DNA of 64,000 bases, taken from Lama glama. Its lineage: Eukaryota. The notes below the pieces were generated by a model. It was given only the letters and a program-made list of their open reading frames with translations, ran no database searches and was not told the origin of the DNA. The translations under genes were made by a program, and so were the position numbers. The stretch spans positions 80,602,001 to 80,666,000 of the forward strand of contig CM052817.1 in the NCBI GenBank assembly GCA_028534125.1, given 5' to 3'. Of the stretch, positions 50,584 through 63,165 are shown piece by piece (the stretch's first letter is position 1; each line of letters opens with the position of its first letter).

Positions 50584-50677
50584 GGGGAGCTGGGGCATAG
50601 CGCAGTGGTAGGATGTGAGCTTGGCATTCATGAGGTCCTGTGTTCAATCCCCAGTACCTCCATTAAGGGGGAAAAAT
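50584..50677 (+). mobile_element. tRNA-Ala-derived SINE (Vic-1-like), diverged
   Basis: ggggagctggggcatagcgcagtggtaggatgtgagcttggcattcatgaggtcctgtgttcaatccccagtacctcca + short A tail. Confidence 0.8.
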
Positions 50678-51019
50678 AGGTGTTTCCCAGAATAGTCCCA
50701 GACAGTAGCAATTTTATTGATTTAATCATCAATAGAGCCAGGAATATTTTCTCTGGTTTGCTGCCCATCTAAAAGCATCTCATTGTCTAAAATCCATGTT
50801 GAATAAATAAGACGATGAATGTTTCGAATATGCTGATGTTTAGTGACAGTTTGTGATGATGTTTGAGGAAAAGCAAATGAGGGTGTTCTGTTCCTCTTCT
50901 CTTCTTTTCGTTCAAAAGAATTTACTGAGAGTAGGAGGATTTTAGGAGGTCCCTGAAGGGCGGCAGGGTGAACAACTTTGAAAGAGTGAAGTCATTTATT
51001 TGCTCCCTCTCTTTCCAGG

Positions 51020-51250
51020 CCACATAAGCCCGTCTTAAGCCCTTGCAATCACATCGCCCTTCTGTTCCATTCAAATTGCTCTCTTGATGATCTCTAATAA
51101 CCCTCTTTTCTCTCTCCTTATTCTTCTTAAAGCCCTCAAAGCATTTTGTACTGTCATTCACCTCCTCCATCACTCCAGCCACGTTTCTCTGTTTGTCTTT
51201 CTGCATCATCTACACCATCTAACCTCCCGACCAGGCTCTCCACACCAGCC
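51020..51250 (+). mobile_element. L2 ORF2 (RT) remnant
   Basis: ISNNPLFSLLILLKALKAFCTVIH resembles L2/CR1 RT 'VTNDLL..SVLILLDLSAAFDTVDH'. Confidence 0.6.
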
Positions 51251-51429
51251 CTCAGCCGTTCTCCTGTCATCAACATTCTTGAGAGATCAACAGTTCTAGA
51301 ACTTTGAGACTCCTTCAATTTGCAAAGACTTCTAAAATATATGACTTTCTCCATAAAATATAATTTTTGGACTGAAGAGGCATTTGCTGAAACAAGTTAA
51401 TGACTCCCTTTTATTTCCATATAGTGTAC

Positions 51430-51690
51430 AGGTCTTAGCTTCAGTGTCACCTGTTCAGGTAGGTCTTCTCTGATCAGTGGGGCAGTGGTGAGCTCCTTGG
51501 TGATATGGTCCTGAGGCACCTCATACTCCTCCTTGAGAAGAGGCATCTTATTTGAAATTGGCTATTTGTAATTCATTGAGGACATGAATTGTGTCTTAGG
51601 TATTCATAGCTGTACCCCTAAGACTTAGCCCAAGCAGGTACTAGGAACTCAAAGAATACTTTTTTGTTGGTTAATTGATTGAATGATTGT
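51430..51690 (+). mobile_element. L2 3' end
   Basis: 'ggtcttagcttcagtgtcacctgttcaggtaggtcttctctga...ttgttggttaattgattgaatga'. Confidence 0.65.
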
Positions 51691-52159
51691 AGATCTGTTC
51701 ATTTCAAGTTCAACAATATGTACTTTAGCCTAATATTTCATCTAAGGAACATCATTTTTAAAGACACCCTTGCTTTTGCTTTATTTTCTCGTTCACACAT
51801 CAAGTTGACTTTTTGCCGTTTTTCTTTATGAAGAAACTTAGAAAAATATTACTCTATGAGCTTTACTTTGTGCAGAGAAATGTAGGACAAAAAGTTCTGC
51901 TGATATACGCATGCTAGGCTGGAGGCGAGGCTCACAGACCAATTAATCTTCCAATCTTAGCAGAATTTCAGATCACCATGTATCTTGGGCTTTCAAGCTT
52001 ATTCACAAATGGTCAAAACCACAAATTTTAAGTCTGCTCTTTTTCATAGTAAATGTGCCCTATTTACATTTTCCCCTTTGGGAAAGTCAGTGGCTGCCAC
52101 CTTCATTTGTGCATCTCTGAACATCTCTGAACATTTGTGCATTGCCAAACGGAGCAACT

Positions 52160-52280
52160 AAGGGTTGTGGTGTAATGTTGACCTGCTAGAGGGAGGTGAG
52201 AGAACTGGGTTCTAGATCTGGTGCTGCCATTAACCCTTGAAATCAGTTTGAACTGTCACTTGGCTGCCCCAGGCTTTCCC
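52160..52280 (+). mobile_element. MIR 5' part
   Basis: 'tgtggtgtaatg...agaactgggttctagatctggtgctgccattaac'. Confidence 0.6.
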
Positions 52281-54879
52281 GAGAAACCCTGAAGACGCCC
52301 CCAAACACCGTTTCTCTAACCAACCTGTTGAAAGAATTCTGAACTCTTTTTAGTATTTTGGCTTGCTTTGTGGTTCTCTTGCTACCAATCCAACATGGTA
52401 ATAAAACAAAGTGTGGATGAAACTTTGGCTCTGACTGAACTAAGCAAAACCGAGATAATTCTCAGATTTGCAAAAGCTGGTGCTGCTGCCAGAAGCCTTC
52501 ATAATTTGTTTCTCTTCAACTCGGGCCTTTGAGACATCGGCCTGGTTAGAGCAACATTAATTGAACACGAGTAAAGGAAAAATGAAACCCAACAGCCCTC
52601 CTTTCTAAGCCCACGAAAAGAACAGTGACTGGATTTCTCTGGAGGAGGAGAAGGTTGCTCGCAGGCATGCTCAGAAATTGGATGGAGCATAAGGGCAGCT
52701 CAGAGCTTAAGTGGTCATTGAGGAATTTTCTTTTAAAATGTGGCTTGAGCTTCATTAAGCATCCCTTATAGGAACAGAACTCCCAGGAGAGTCTGGAACA
52801 CAGAGGCAGCCACAGTACCACCTTGGGCAGCAGGATAACTAATTTTTTTTGGTGGAGTCCATGGAGCAGAGAGATTTATGCCGAAGGCAAGCTTCTTTCT
52901 TTCATGCTTGGAGGGAAAGTCAATATTCCATATTCATGGTCTCTGACATAACGTTTTGCTCGGGTGGTCATTTATACTATTTGTTGCAAAATATCATGGT
53001 GTTATTTTTATAAGGATCAACCAGAGCGGGGATGGGATTCTTAGGTGCCACCTGGTTTTCACACTTTTGGTGAAGTAAAATTTAATTGAGTTTTCAAAGG
53101 CAGGAAAATATTCTGTTGCTGGGAAATATAGCATAAAGGATTTCTGCAAGTTTCCTCTGGGCTTTTCTTGCAAGCTTTAAATGAGGATTTTCTGCCAATT
53201 TTCTGGCAGAAGCAGAGGAGACATAGCAGTTTTGCTGGTGGTTTTGATTATGGATTGTCTATATGACATCAATAAAAATAACTAGACCTAGGTCTGATGG
53301 GCACTGAACTTGCTTAAAATGCTAGTAAAAATTATAAGAGGAGGGAATAAATCTTAAATTTTGAATATTTTTCTCATAACACATATGGAAAGATGATTTC
53401 TCAGTATTTTAGTGTTCGAAGCACAATAACTGGAGAAGAATATGTTCTCTTCAAAGTGCCAATAAAAATGCAAAATGTCATTTTCCAGTGCAATTCGGCC
53501 TGAAATCAACCTGTTTTATGGTAATTATGGGCTCTGGCACCAGAACATAGCAGAGCTTTAGAAAGATTGAATGAGTGATTGAGTTCAACCTCCTTAAATA
53601 TGAAACATATGAAATGATTTGTGTAGAGTGAAAACCAGAGGGCATTGTCATCCTCCCTACCCCGAACCGTGCAGAAAGCTTCACTGATGCCCTGTGGTGG
53701 TCACATCACGAGTAGGGAGTGGGTGAGACACATATTTTCAGCGCAAGAGAAATAGTGAAGGAACAACCTCTTATGTGGTAGAAGGGAAGTTTCGTATAAG
53801 GGTGAGAAAGAGATGATGATTCCCAGAGTGGGTGAAAAGCGCCTTTTGTTGGCAAGATTTCGGCACATCACTACAAAAGGAAGATTGTATATATTTCTCA
53901 TAACCACTGTGGTGTAAGGCGTAAGGACCCAGCAATGCGTTGTCCTACGCCTCCTGGCCACGTGTCAGGAAGGGGCTGCTTCAGCCAAGAGAAACGTGGC
54001 AACACTTCCACTCTCCTCCCTTTTTCCAGGTAACCTGAGCACCTTGTGATGCAGGCGTCCTGGCACAGGGGGTGCCTTCGATTGGTTTTAGTCCGTAAAA
54101 TGGGAGAAAAAAATATTTAAGTCTTACAGTGTTTGGATGTTCCGTATTATAGACCCAAAAAGAATTGTGGCCGAATCTTCTGAAATTTTGTTTTTTTCAT
54201 CAAAATGATGATACAGATTTTGAAAGAGTCCATTTTTCTGTGAATTTTGTTACCCAAAACCATTGACCTCAGCTCTCCCCCATGTTTTCCCTTCTCAGAG
54301 GCCATTGTTTTCAGTAAAGTAAGCTGATCTTTGGCATTTATTTCCACATCTTCGCATGACACGTTTCTGTTGCTGCTTCTTAATATTTCAGGTTTTGGCC
54401 TTGTTTGCTTCTTCTGAGAATAAGGAGAGTTTAGCTCTCTCTCACAAACCGCTACCACGTGCACACACCCGCTTTGGGCCTATATTTTTTTTCAATATGA
54501 AATTTTGTTTGGGTGGGTATCGGGAGTTAATGTTCTTATGAATAGGTAAATGCTGTTTCTAACTGAGCCATGCAATTTCTCTTGGCTATTCTTTCTTTCA
54601 TGTACAACTTTGTATTTTCCCTGGTGTTAATGATTGTGTCCGTTCTCTGACTGTCTATTTGATTTTCTGTGTCCTTATCAACTGCAAACTCCAGGCATTG
54701 TGCTAAGCTCTCTTTCTATATGGTATAACACATGGAGTACACTGTGGAATTCATCTTTTTGGAGAATCCGTGGCACTGCCCGGATGGGCTGTCACTCACC
54801 ATCATACTGTGAATTCTCTTTGATTTTCTGTGATGTTAGACCTCGTGTTTCCTGGAAACCCTATCTTCCTCTTTCTTGG

Positions 54880-55640
54880 TTTTCTCTCTTGGTTTGGTTA
54901 ACCCAGTGTTTTGGTACCTGTTTGGAAAATGCTGCATGAGAGGTACATGTTTTGAGACCTGGTATGTTTGAAAATATTTTTATTTCAGCTTCATACTTTA
55001 CTGAGCGTTTAGCAGGGAACTCTAGGTTGGAAAGAACTGTCTTTTGGAAATTTGATGCCATTGTTCCATTTTCTTCTTGCTTATCATGTTACAATAGGGA
55101 ATTCGGAAGCTGTTATAACTCCCGATTCTTTGTTTTTGACGTGTCTCTCTCCCTTGCCCATCAAATCTTTGTCCTCAGTGTGCTAAAATTTTGTGAGAAT
55201 GTGTCTTAATGTGTATCTGTTTTATACATTTTGTTGGGCACTCAGAGGGATATTTCAATCTGAAAAATCCTGTCCTTTACTTTTGGTGAATTTTCTTTGT
55301 TCTCTATTTCTTAGTTGGGTGGTGGTTCTCTTGGATGGCTCCTTTGATTTTCTTATCTGTCTTCATATTTTCTGTCTTAGAGTCTCTCTCCCTCTCTTCT
55401 GTTTTTTTTTTTAATGAATTTTCTCTGTGATATTTCCTTAACTTTATATTCTAATATATCTATTGGGATTTTATTTCTACTATCAGACTTAAAATTTTTC
55501 CCTAAGGTCTTTTAGGTTCTGTGGCTGTACCTGTTTACACTGGTTTTGTTTCGTAGATACCACATCTTTTCTTATGTTTCTGAGGATATTAATGGTTTGG
55601 AAGTTTCCTTTTACTGTTACTGTTTTTCCAAGCTGCTTTC
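54880..55640 (-). mobile_element. Old L1/HAL1 ORF1 remnant
   Basis: FPAKRSVKYEAEIKIFSNIPGLKTCTSH resembles the ORF1 C-terminus 'YPAKLSFKYEGEIKTF'. Confidence 0.7.
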
Positions 55641-55662
55641 CTCCCGTTTTTATCCTCTACAG

Positions 55663-55738
55663 ATAACTGAGTCACTTTGCTGTACACCTGAAATACTATA
55701 AATCAACTATACTTCAACTAAAAAAAAGAATAAAAAGA
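55663..55738 (+). mobile_element. Short L1 3' tail
   Basis: 'ataactgagtcactttgctgtacacctgaaa...aaatcaactatacttcaa' + A tail. Confidence 0.8.
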
Positions 55739-56059
55739 TACGAAGTCTTTACACACATACCCCGATCCCACTTGCCTCTCCTGCCTCCTTCGAGTGCTTT
55801 TTCTGTGCATTTATGTGCATGTCTAGTAGATACACACATGTATTGTTTTAGGGAGGTTGTTTTTATATAAATAGTATCATACTGTATGTATTGCTCGGCA
55901 ATTTGCTCTTTTTTAATTAAAACGTATTCTGGAAATCTAAAAAAAAAAAAACTCTCTGTCTTAAACACTGATGCTTAACGTAAGGGGAAAAAAATCTGAG
56001 GATCTGTAGCTACGGCCCACCCTTCTGCAGACGTGCAGTCTGAATACATACCAGCTGGG

Positions 56060-58760
56060 TGAGAGGACAGCTGAGAAAATAACTGCCAAGCAAGGATTCT
56101 GTATCCAGTGAAAACTGTCATTCAAAAATGAAGATAAAATAAAGACTTTTTTTAGAGAAAACTGATGAATCTCTTTATAAGCAGTATAGAGTTCCTCAAA
56201 CAGAAGTAGAACATTTATAAAAACTAGCCAGATGTTGGGCTATAGAACAAGTTTCAATAAGTTTTTAAAGATGGATGTCATGCAGACAGCATTCTCTGAC
56301 AACAAAGCAATTGTTAGAAATTGATAGCAAAAAGACAACTAGAAAAAGTCCATATTTTTAGAAATAAAGAAAAATAGTTCTAAATACTTCATGAGTCAAA
56401 AAATATTATGGATTTTAGAAAATACTAAGAACTGAACATTATAAAAAATTCCATATAAAATATTGTGACATTCAGCTCTAGGGCTACTTATTAAGATGTT
56501 TATAATCTTAAATGCTTTTATTATAAAAGAAAGGATAAAAATGAATGAATAACACTTCATCTCAAGAAGGTGGAGAAATAAAAGCCAAATATCCCCAAAG
56601 AAAATAGGAGAAAGGAAGTAACACAGAGAAAATATATATGGAACAGAAAATAAAATTCAATAGAGAATATTAATAAACTAAATTAAATTTTCTATTCTTT
56701 TCAGAGACTAAATTGACAAATGTCTAGATAGTTTACTCAAGGCAAAAAAGAGAGAAGGCATAAATATCCATTAAAAAGTATAAAAGGGTTTACAGGTTTC
56801 TGATGCTGTGCATAACAATAAATAATAAAAAGCTATTTTCAAGCACTTTAGGCTAAAGAAATTAAAAAACTTAAAGGGGCCAAGTGCACTGAAAAACTGA
56901 TTCAAGAAGGGACAGAAAACTAGAATAACACCATAACCATTAAAGTCAACAAACCAATAGCTAAAAAGTCTGTCTACAAATAAATCTCAAGGGCCAGACT
57001 TACGTAATTATTGACTATGTTCCCCACACTCTGTGTTTTCATACTAGTGATTCATTTATTCTGTAATTGGGAGTTTGTACCTCTTAATACCCCTCACCTA
57101 TTTCTCTCAACCTCCTGCCCCACTCTTCTCCCCTCTGTCAGCTACTTGTTTGTTCTCTGTATCTATTACCCTGTTCTGTTTTGTTCTGTTTGTTCATTTG
57201 CTTTTTTTTTTTTTTAGATTCCACATAGAAGTGAAATCATATGGTATTTGTCTTTCTCTGGTTTATTTCAGTTAGCATAATGTCCTTTTGGTCCATCTGG
57301 GTTGTCATAAATGGCAAGATTTCATTCTTATTATGGCTAAGTAATATTCCACTTTTTTATCCAGTCATCTATTGATGGGCACTTAGGTTGATTCCATATC
57401 TTGGCTACTGTAAATAATGCTGCAGTGAACATAGGGGCACATACATCTTTTAGACTTCATGTTTTTGTTTTCATCTGATAAATGCAGAAATTTGTTGTGT
57501 TTCTGTACACTAACAACAAACTATCAGAAAGAGAAATTAAGTAAACAATCCTGCTTACAATCACATCAAAAAGAAGAAAATACCTAGAAATAAATCTAAA
57601 GAGGTATAAAACCTATACTCAGAAAATTATAAGACAGTGATGAAAGAAATTGAAGAGGACACAAATAGACAGAAAGATATACTGGATTCATGGATTGGAA
57701 GAATTAGTATTGTTAAAATGATCATACTTCCCAAAGTAATCTACAGATTCAATGCAATCTCTTTCAAAATATCAATAGCGTTTTTCACAGAACAAAGAAT
57801 TCTAAAATTACTGTGCAAACACAGAAGACTCCAAATAGCCAAAACGATCTTGAAAAGAAAAACAAAGCTGGAGGTATCATACTCTCTGATTTCAAATTGT
57901 ATTACAATGCTATAGTTATCTAAACAATATGATACTGGCACAAAGATAGACACACGGATCAATGGAACAGACTAGAGAGTCCAGAAGTGAACCCACACTT
58001 ATAAGGACAAGAATGAGAAAAGAAAACTGCTATTATTTGAAGATGATTTAACTGTGTACTAGAAAATCCCCAAGAACCTACAGCTAAATTGTCAGTTTAT
58101 ACAAAAGCATTTTAAGATTGCTGCATGTAAAATCAATTTAAAAGTAAATTACTTTTTTTTAATAAATCAACAATAAGCATTTAATAAAAATTTAAAATGT
58201 CATTTACAATAGTGTGAGAGTATCAAGTACCTAGACATAAATTGTATAAACTTTGTGCAAGATCATTATAAAAAAATTATAAATTACAAATTTTATAAAG
58301 ATGGAAAAGTTCTCAATAAAATGAGACATTTATCACCCTCAAGGATTGGAAGAATCAAACTTCCAACAGGGTCTTTTTTTGAAATTTGACAACCTGATTT
58401 TAATATTTATGTACAAGTGCCAAGCTCCAGAGTAGCTAGTTTTGATGAAGAGTAATGTTCAGTGCCTTGCCCTACTACATACAAAACTTATTATAGCAGT
58501 TAAATCAGTTTGGCCACAGAAATAAGAAGGTGTGTAGAAAAATTCAAAAAGGCTCAGAAACAGACTCACATATATGGATCCTTGACTTATGCTAGCAGTG
58601 GAGTGGCCCCTTAGTGGGGAAAGGATATATTTTTTCATAATTGTGCTGAGATGATTGATTATCAAAATGGAAAAAAAAGAAACTTACCTCACACCCCACA
58701 AAAAATCAATTCCAGGTAGATTAAAGATCTCAATCTTTAAAACTTTTAGAAGAAAATATA
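56060..58760 (+). mobile_element. Old, internally deleted L1 (ORF1 end, EN, RT), interrupted at ~57005-58010
   Basis: ENNCQARILYPVK (ORF1), AFSDNKAI (EN SDH motif), KSQGPD, KLLLFEDDLTV (FADD), RIGRI. Confidence 0.75.
57005..58010 (-). mobile_element. Younger L1 (L1MA9/L1_Art-like) with inverted 5' segment
   Basis: 57005-57480 is antisense 3' UTR/ORF2 end; 57481-58010 is sense ORF2 ([40 protein letters not shown]). Confidence 0.85.
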
Positions 58761-59329
58761 GGAGAGTTCTCTGCCTCTTACTCTTTTTCCATTCTCTTTC
58801 TGAAAAGATGTTTTCTATAGGTATAGAATTCTGGGTTGGTGGTCTTTTCTTTCAACATTTTGAATCTATTCCATTGTTTCTACTGAGAATTCTTTTACTC
58901 TCAATGTTTTTGGAAGGTACTTTTTTTGGTGTTTTTTCCCCTTTGTTTGCTTTAAAATTTTCTAGGCCTGGGATAATGTTATCTTTTTCCTAAAAGTATT
59001 TCCTTTTCTTATTGGCATCTGTGGCACTGGCACTCCGGGATCTCCTCAAATCAGTTTTGGAAATTGAAATTGTTTTAAGGTTAACTTTCATTCCTGTGAC
59101 ACCCTGTTTACTTCTGCTCCATCTTAATTCTTGGGATGCAGTCCTTCAGCAATCCAGCCAACAAGAGGGAATTTGCTGGAATCCATACCCATTGTCACTA
59201 ACAATTTGCATCTGTCTTCTTACCCCTTCATACTGTCAAAAATAGTCCCATCTCAATGTTCTGATTACTTATTTTGAGTATATGGTATAGCTTTGTTACT
59301 TATTATTGTATACTTCAGGCTTTAGTTTT

Positions 59330-59910
59330 CAAAACATTTTTTCCTCATTTATGACACAGACATATTACTTCATGATTTTTCTGAATGCATGAATTTCCAC
59401 CTTTTAGTATTTTATTAACTATTCACCTGTAGTCAAACATTTGCAATTTTAGGTTCCTCAGATTTCACTTAAATGGATAACACTACATTGCATTTTTAAA
59501 TAAAATAATCATATATCTCTTCACTGTTTTCTTGGATAGACTCTTGGAAACATAGTCATTGAATATTTTAGGCATCATGACACACATTGTCAGTTTGCCT
59601 TCCAGGCAGGTGTTACTAATTTGCAGCCCAGACCAGCATTGCATGGAGTGTCAGTCCCCCACACATGTACCAGCACTTACAAATTTGAAAAGGTTTGGCC
59701 AATCTAAATGATCAATCTAAGAAGCCCAAATCCTTCTTGTTTCACTGTAATTTGCTTTTCTTTGATTATTAATGAGGTTGAATTATTTTTCATAAGCTCA
59801 TTACTATTTGAATTTCCTCTTATGTGAATTCTCTTTATATCCTTTGCTCTTTTTGTTTTGTTTTGTTTCTATTATGATGTTTGTGTTTTTCATGTTCTGA
59901 TTTTCTAATG
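59330..59910 (-). mobile_element. Old L1 (L1ME-like) fragment
   Basis: 'cattgtcagtttgccttccaggcaggtgttactaatttgca...atttgcttttctttgattattaatgaggttgaattattttt'. Confidence 0.7.
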
Positions 59911-61751
59911 GGGAATATATAGCTACCAGATGGTTTCTTAATAGCACACCCTCCCTCCTCTACTGGAGACACATATTTCACAAATGGCAGGATACCAGCT
60001 ATAGGGGGAAAATGGACTATTTTTACTTCCACTGCAGTTGGTCTTAGGACATATTTTGTGTGTTGCAATATTTTCTAATTATGCTGTAATACGTTGGTGA
60101 CAGTAAGGAGATTGAATTTTAGGGAGAATTTGGATTTTTGAGGAGCACTACAGAAGGTGTTCATTAGTCATACGAAGTCCTTCCATCATGAAAACCCTTT
60201 GATTTTTATTCATGTTCTTTGAATATCCTCTGAACTTCCTAGCACATAACCTCAGCCCACCCTCTCCAACCCCTCTGGAGTCAACGTCTCTCTTGCTCCC
60301 CATGGCTCAGTAGGACAGGCCTTCATTCTGTTCTTAAAGCACACCTCTTTTCAGGCTCACAGTCTTGGCACATGAAACTGCTGCCGCCTACAGTGTACTT
60401 TTTACTTACCCTTTGCTTAACTAACTCCTCATATCAAGTTTCAAGGCTGCATCAGAGAGGGGCTGCTTTTATTTTGTTCTCTACATAATTTCTGTTATTT
60501 TGAACAGTGTCACATTTGAGACATCCAATAAATGGATAGTTGCATTACTGACTAGCTGGTTGAGTTAGAAGATAAAACCTCTAGTGTACAACTGTCTAAT
60601 TGTAAGCCTGGAAGCCAATCACAGTTCCCATTATAGCTCAACCATTGTTCTTACCACTGAGAAATTAGTTCTTACTTATGCACAAGATAAAATATTGGAA
60701 AGTGCTTTAAACTTTTCTTTTCAACTTGTACTCCTCCTGGGAACCTGCGTTACAGACGTACATTTTGATATGGATAATTTTCTCTTGAGGATTACATCCA
60801 GGTTTCTATTGTTTCTCTTACATTAATAAACTCTTTTCTTGGATGGACCAGAATCCATTCATCTTTCTGCCTTTTCTGTGATTTCTGGAATGGATTACAT
60901 CGTATTTTAATATTTCTTGATTGTCTGAATAACTGGCTTCTAATGAATCTATTAAGGCTGATGTGCCATGTTATAGGCTGTTCTCTAATAGACACAAGAG
61001 ATTGAATTTACCTTTTAGGAAAACATTTTACTAACAAATGTTTATTTTCTTTCTCTCTCTTTTTTTTTTACTAGCAAAGAAATCTGTGTGGAGATTTACA
61101 TATCACTCTTGGATGAAACCTCTTGAACTAACTAGAAATTGTGTTGTATATTTTTCTATTTTTCTTGGACCAAATTCAGGAGAAATGGCTTTTTCTATGC
61201 TGTTGCAATTTGATTATGGGTAGCAATATACCAGTTTACGTGTTGATTTAGCTCAGGGTCTAAAAGATTGTTTCTAATCAGTTTTCCTTTTTTGGCAACA
61301 CAGTTTTTCTACAACTCAGGAGCTTACATTTATTGATTAGTATATAAAGAAGCTCAAAAACCAATTATTCACATTTGGTTTTCTGTTCAATCAGCAGGGT
61401 TAACATAGGCCTATTTTATGAATATACACACATGCAGCAGGATCCCCAGTTTTTCATTTATAATTATTCAAAACATTTCCCAATGGGGAATAAGTTTTGT
61501 TACCTGCATCAGCTCCTGGGATCTCTGAGCTTTGGGAAAAGCATGGAGAAAAACTAATAAAAGCAGGGTAAGTAGATCTATTTAATAGATAGGAGAGGGG
61601 CAGGAGGTTTGGGTGTCTTTCTGACAGTTGGTTATTGATAGTAACAGGTTAGGGGAGCAATTGCAAAGTATGTTGGAACATTGATGAATGCAGTAATGGG
61701 AAAAGGTAAATTTTTTTGGAGGATTCCTGTGTAAAAGGAATATAATTTCCC

Positions 61752-61917
61752 TTTTCTTTTTAATTTTAATTTTTTTTTTATTTTTTTAAGTTTTTTTTTA
61801 GGGGGGAGGTAATTAGGTTTACTTATTTATTTAGTTTTTAGAGGTACTGGGGATTGAACCCAGGACCTCAGTCATGCTAAGCATGCAATCTACCACTTGA
61901 GCTGTACCCTCTCCACC
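61752..61917 (-). mobile_element. tRNA-Ala-derived SINE (Vic-1-like) with full tail and long polyA
   Basis: Reverse complement: ...agggtacagctcaagtggtagattgcatgcttagcatgactgaggtcctgggttcaatccccagtacctc + aataaataagtaaacctaattacctcccccc + A-rich tail. Confidence 0.88.
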
Positions 61918-62599
61918 TATTGTTTACGAGGCTTAATAAAGAAATAAAGCATTTAAAAATTTTGGTTGCTTGGTAGTTTTCACCAAGATGTGTGGTGTCT
62001 TAGGTTTATTTAAGCTTAGGCAATATAATTGTTGGAATCCTTTCTTTTTCTAAAGACCTGTGGAAGTGTGAAGATCTTTGGATGTATACCTTGGAGCCTG
62101 GAACTTAATTCACGTATAAGAATCCATGATTTATAACATTAGTAATGACATTCTATTTTTATGTCTGAGATGCATGTGCTGTTAGCTCATTGACACAAGT
62201 TCCTATTACATCTTCTTCCAGTTTTCAAGAATGGCTTCATATTTCCAGGCTCCTAAACTGGACCACAGTTAGGCTTATGCCAAAACTTGTCATTCTTGCT
62301 GGCTTTGGTTACATCCCAGATCACCAATTTATTGGGGTAATCTGGGCTTAACTAGTGAATAGTTGAACAGTCAGTGTGATATAAACACTCACAATACACT
62401 TCTTCCTGTAATAGGTTTCCATAAGGAATTAAAGGGCTGAGCGGTGGTCAGAGGTGGGTGTAAGCTAGGTGAGTGGTGGTGTAGTGGTGGTGAGGTTGCA
62501 GAGATACAGAGAACAGTAGGTTCCCATTTGACCTGTCCATCATATAGAGCTGTACTATGACTTACCATGACCCTGAGTCTGTCTTTTAAACCACACCTT

Positions 62600-63165
62600 T
62601 GTTAGGTGGTCTCTAGGGAGCCTGCTCTGCCTCTGGAATTTTGCCTAATAGGATTCTGGAAGTCAACCAGATTCTGCCAACTAGATGTACTTGTGTGATA
62701 TTTAGAAGAGGCAAAGTGAGGCAGAAGCCATCCTGCTCTTTCTAGTGGCAATTAAAGTCATGGAGATGTGAATGCCAGGAGGCATTTTCAGTGGCTGGAG
62801 TCGGTTCTCCTGGGTCTGCTGGTCCTTAAGACTGCAGTGGAGGGGCAGCCCCCTGACACTTTACTTGACCTACGTAACTGATGGGTTTCAGTTGCAGCGG
62901 TTGTGGAGCTGCGGTCTGTGTTCTGGTGTCTGATCACCGGTTTTACGAGCACTTAGAGAGGGCTGCTGAGGCTTACTGACTTCCAGAGCACTGCCACTGT
63001 GACATGTTTTGAATTCAGTATTTCCAGAGACAGAGTAGTCCTAACTCCTGATGTTCTAGAGTTTCCAATGAATTCAAAAGCATCCTATTCTTGAAATTAA
63101 ATATTTTGTTGCTTTTAATTGCTAGAACTTTTTTTGTTTCTTGGATTGAAGTTCCATGAGTTTCG
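62600..63165 (+). mobile_element. ERVL LTR33-like solo LTR
   Basis: 'agattctgccaactagatgtac...gtgaggcagaagccatc' and 3' 'attaaatattttgttgcttttaattgctaga...tgtttc'. Confidence 0.6.

Noticed and set aside
52104..52142. Local duplication catttgtgcat-ctctgaa-cat-ctctgaa-catttgtgcat (similar at 50040 and 44391)
   Set aside because: Ordinary slippage micro-duplications
53189..53295. Short inverted repeats ttctgcca..tggcagaa and agacctaggtct
   Set aside because: Stems too short for a pre-miRNA; chance level
61840..61912. tRNA-Ala(AGC)-like genes here and at 24714 and 50592
   Set aside because: Broken stems and A-rich tails show these are SINE copies, not tRNA genes
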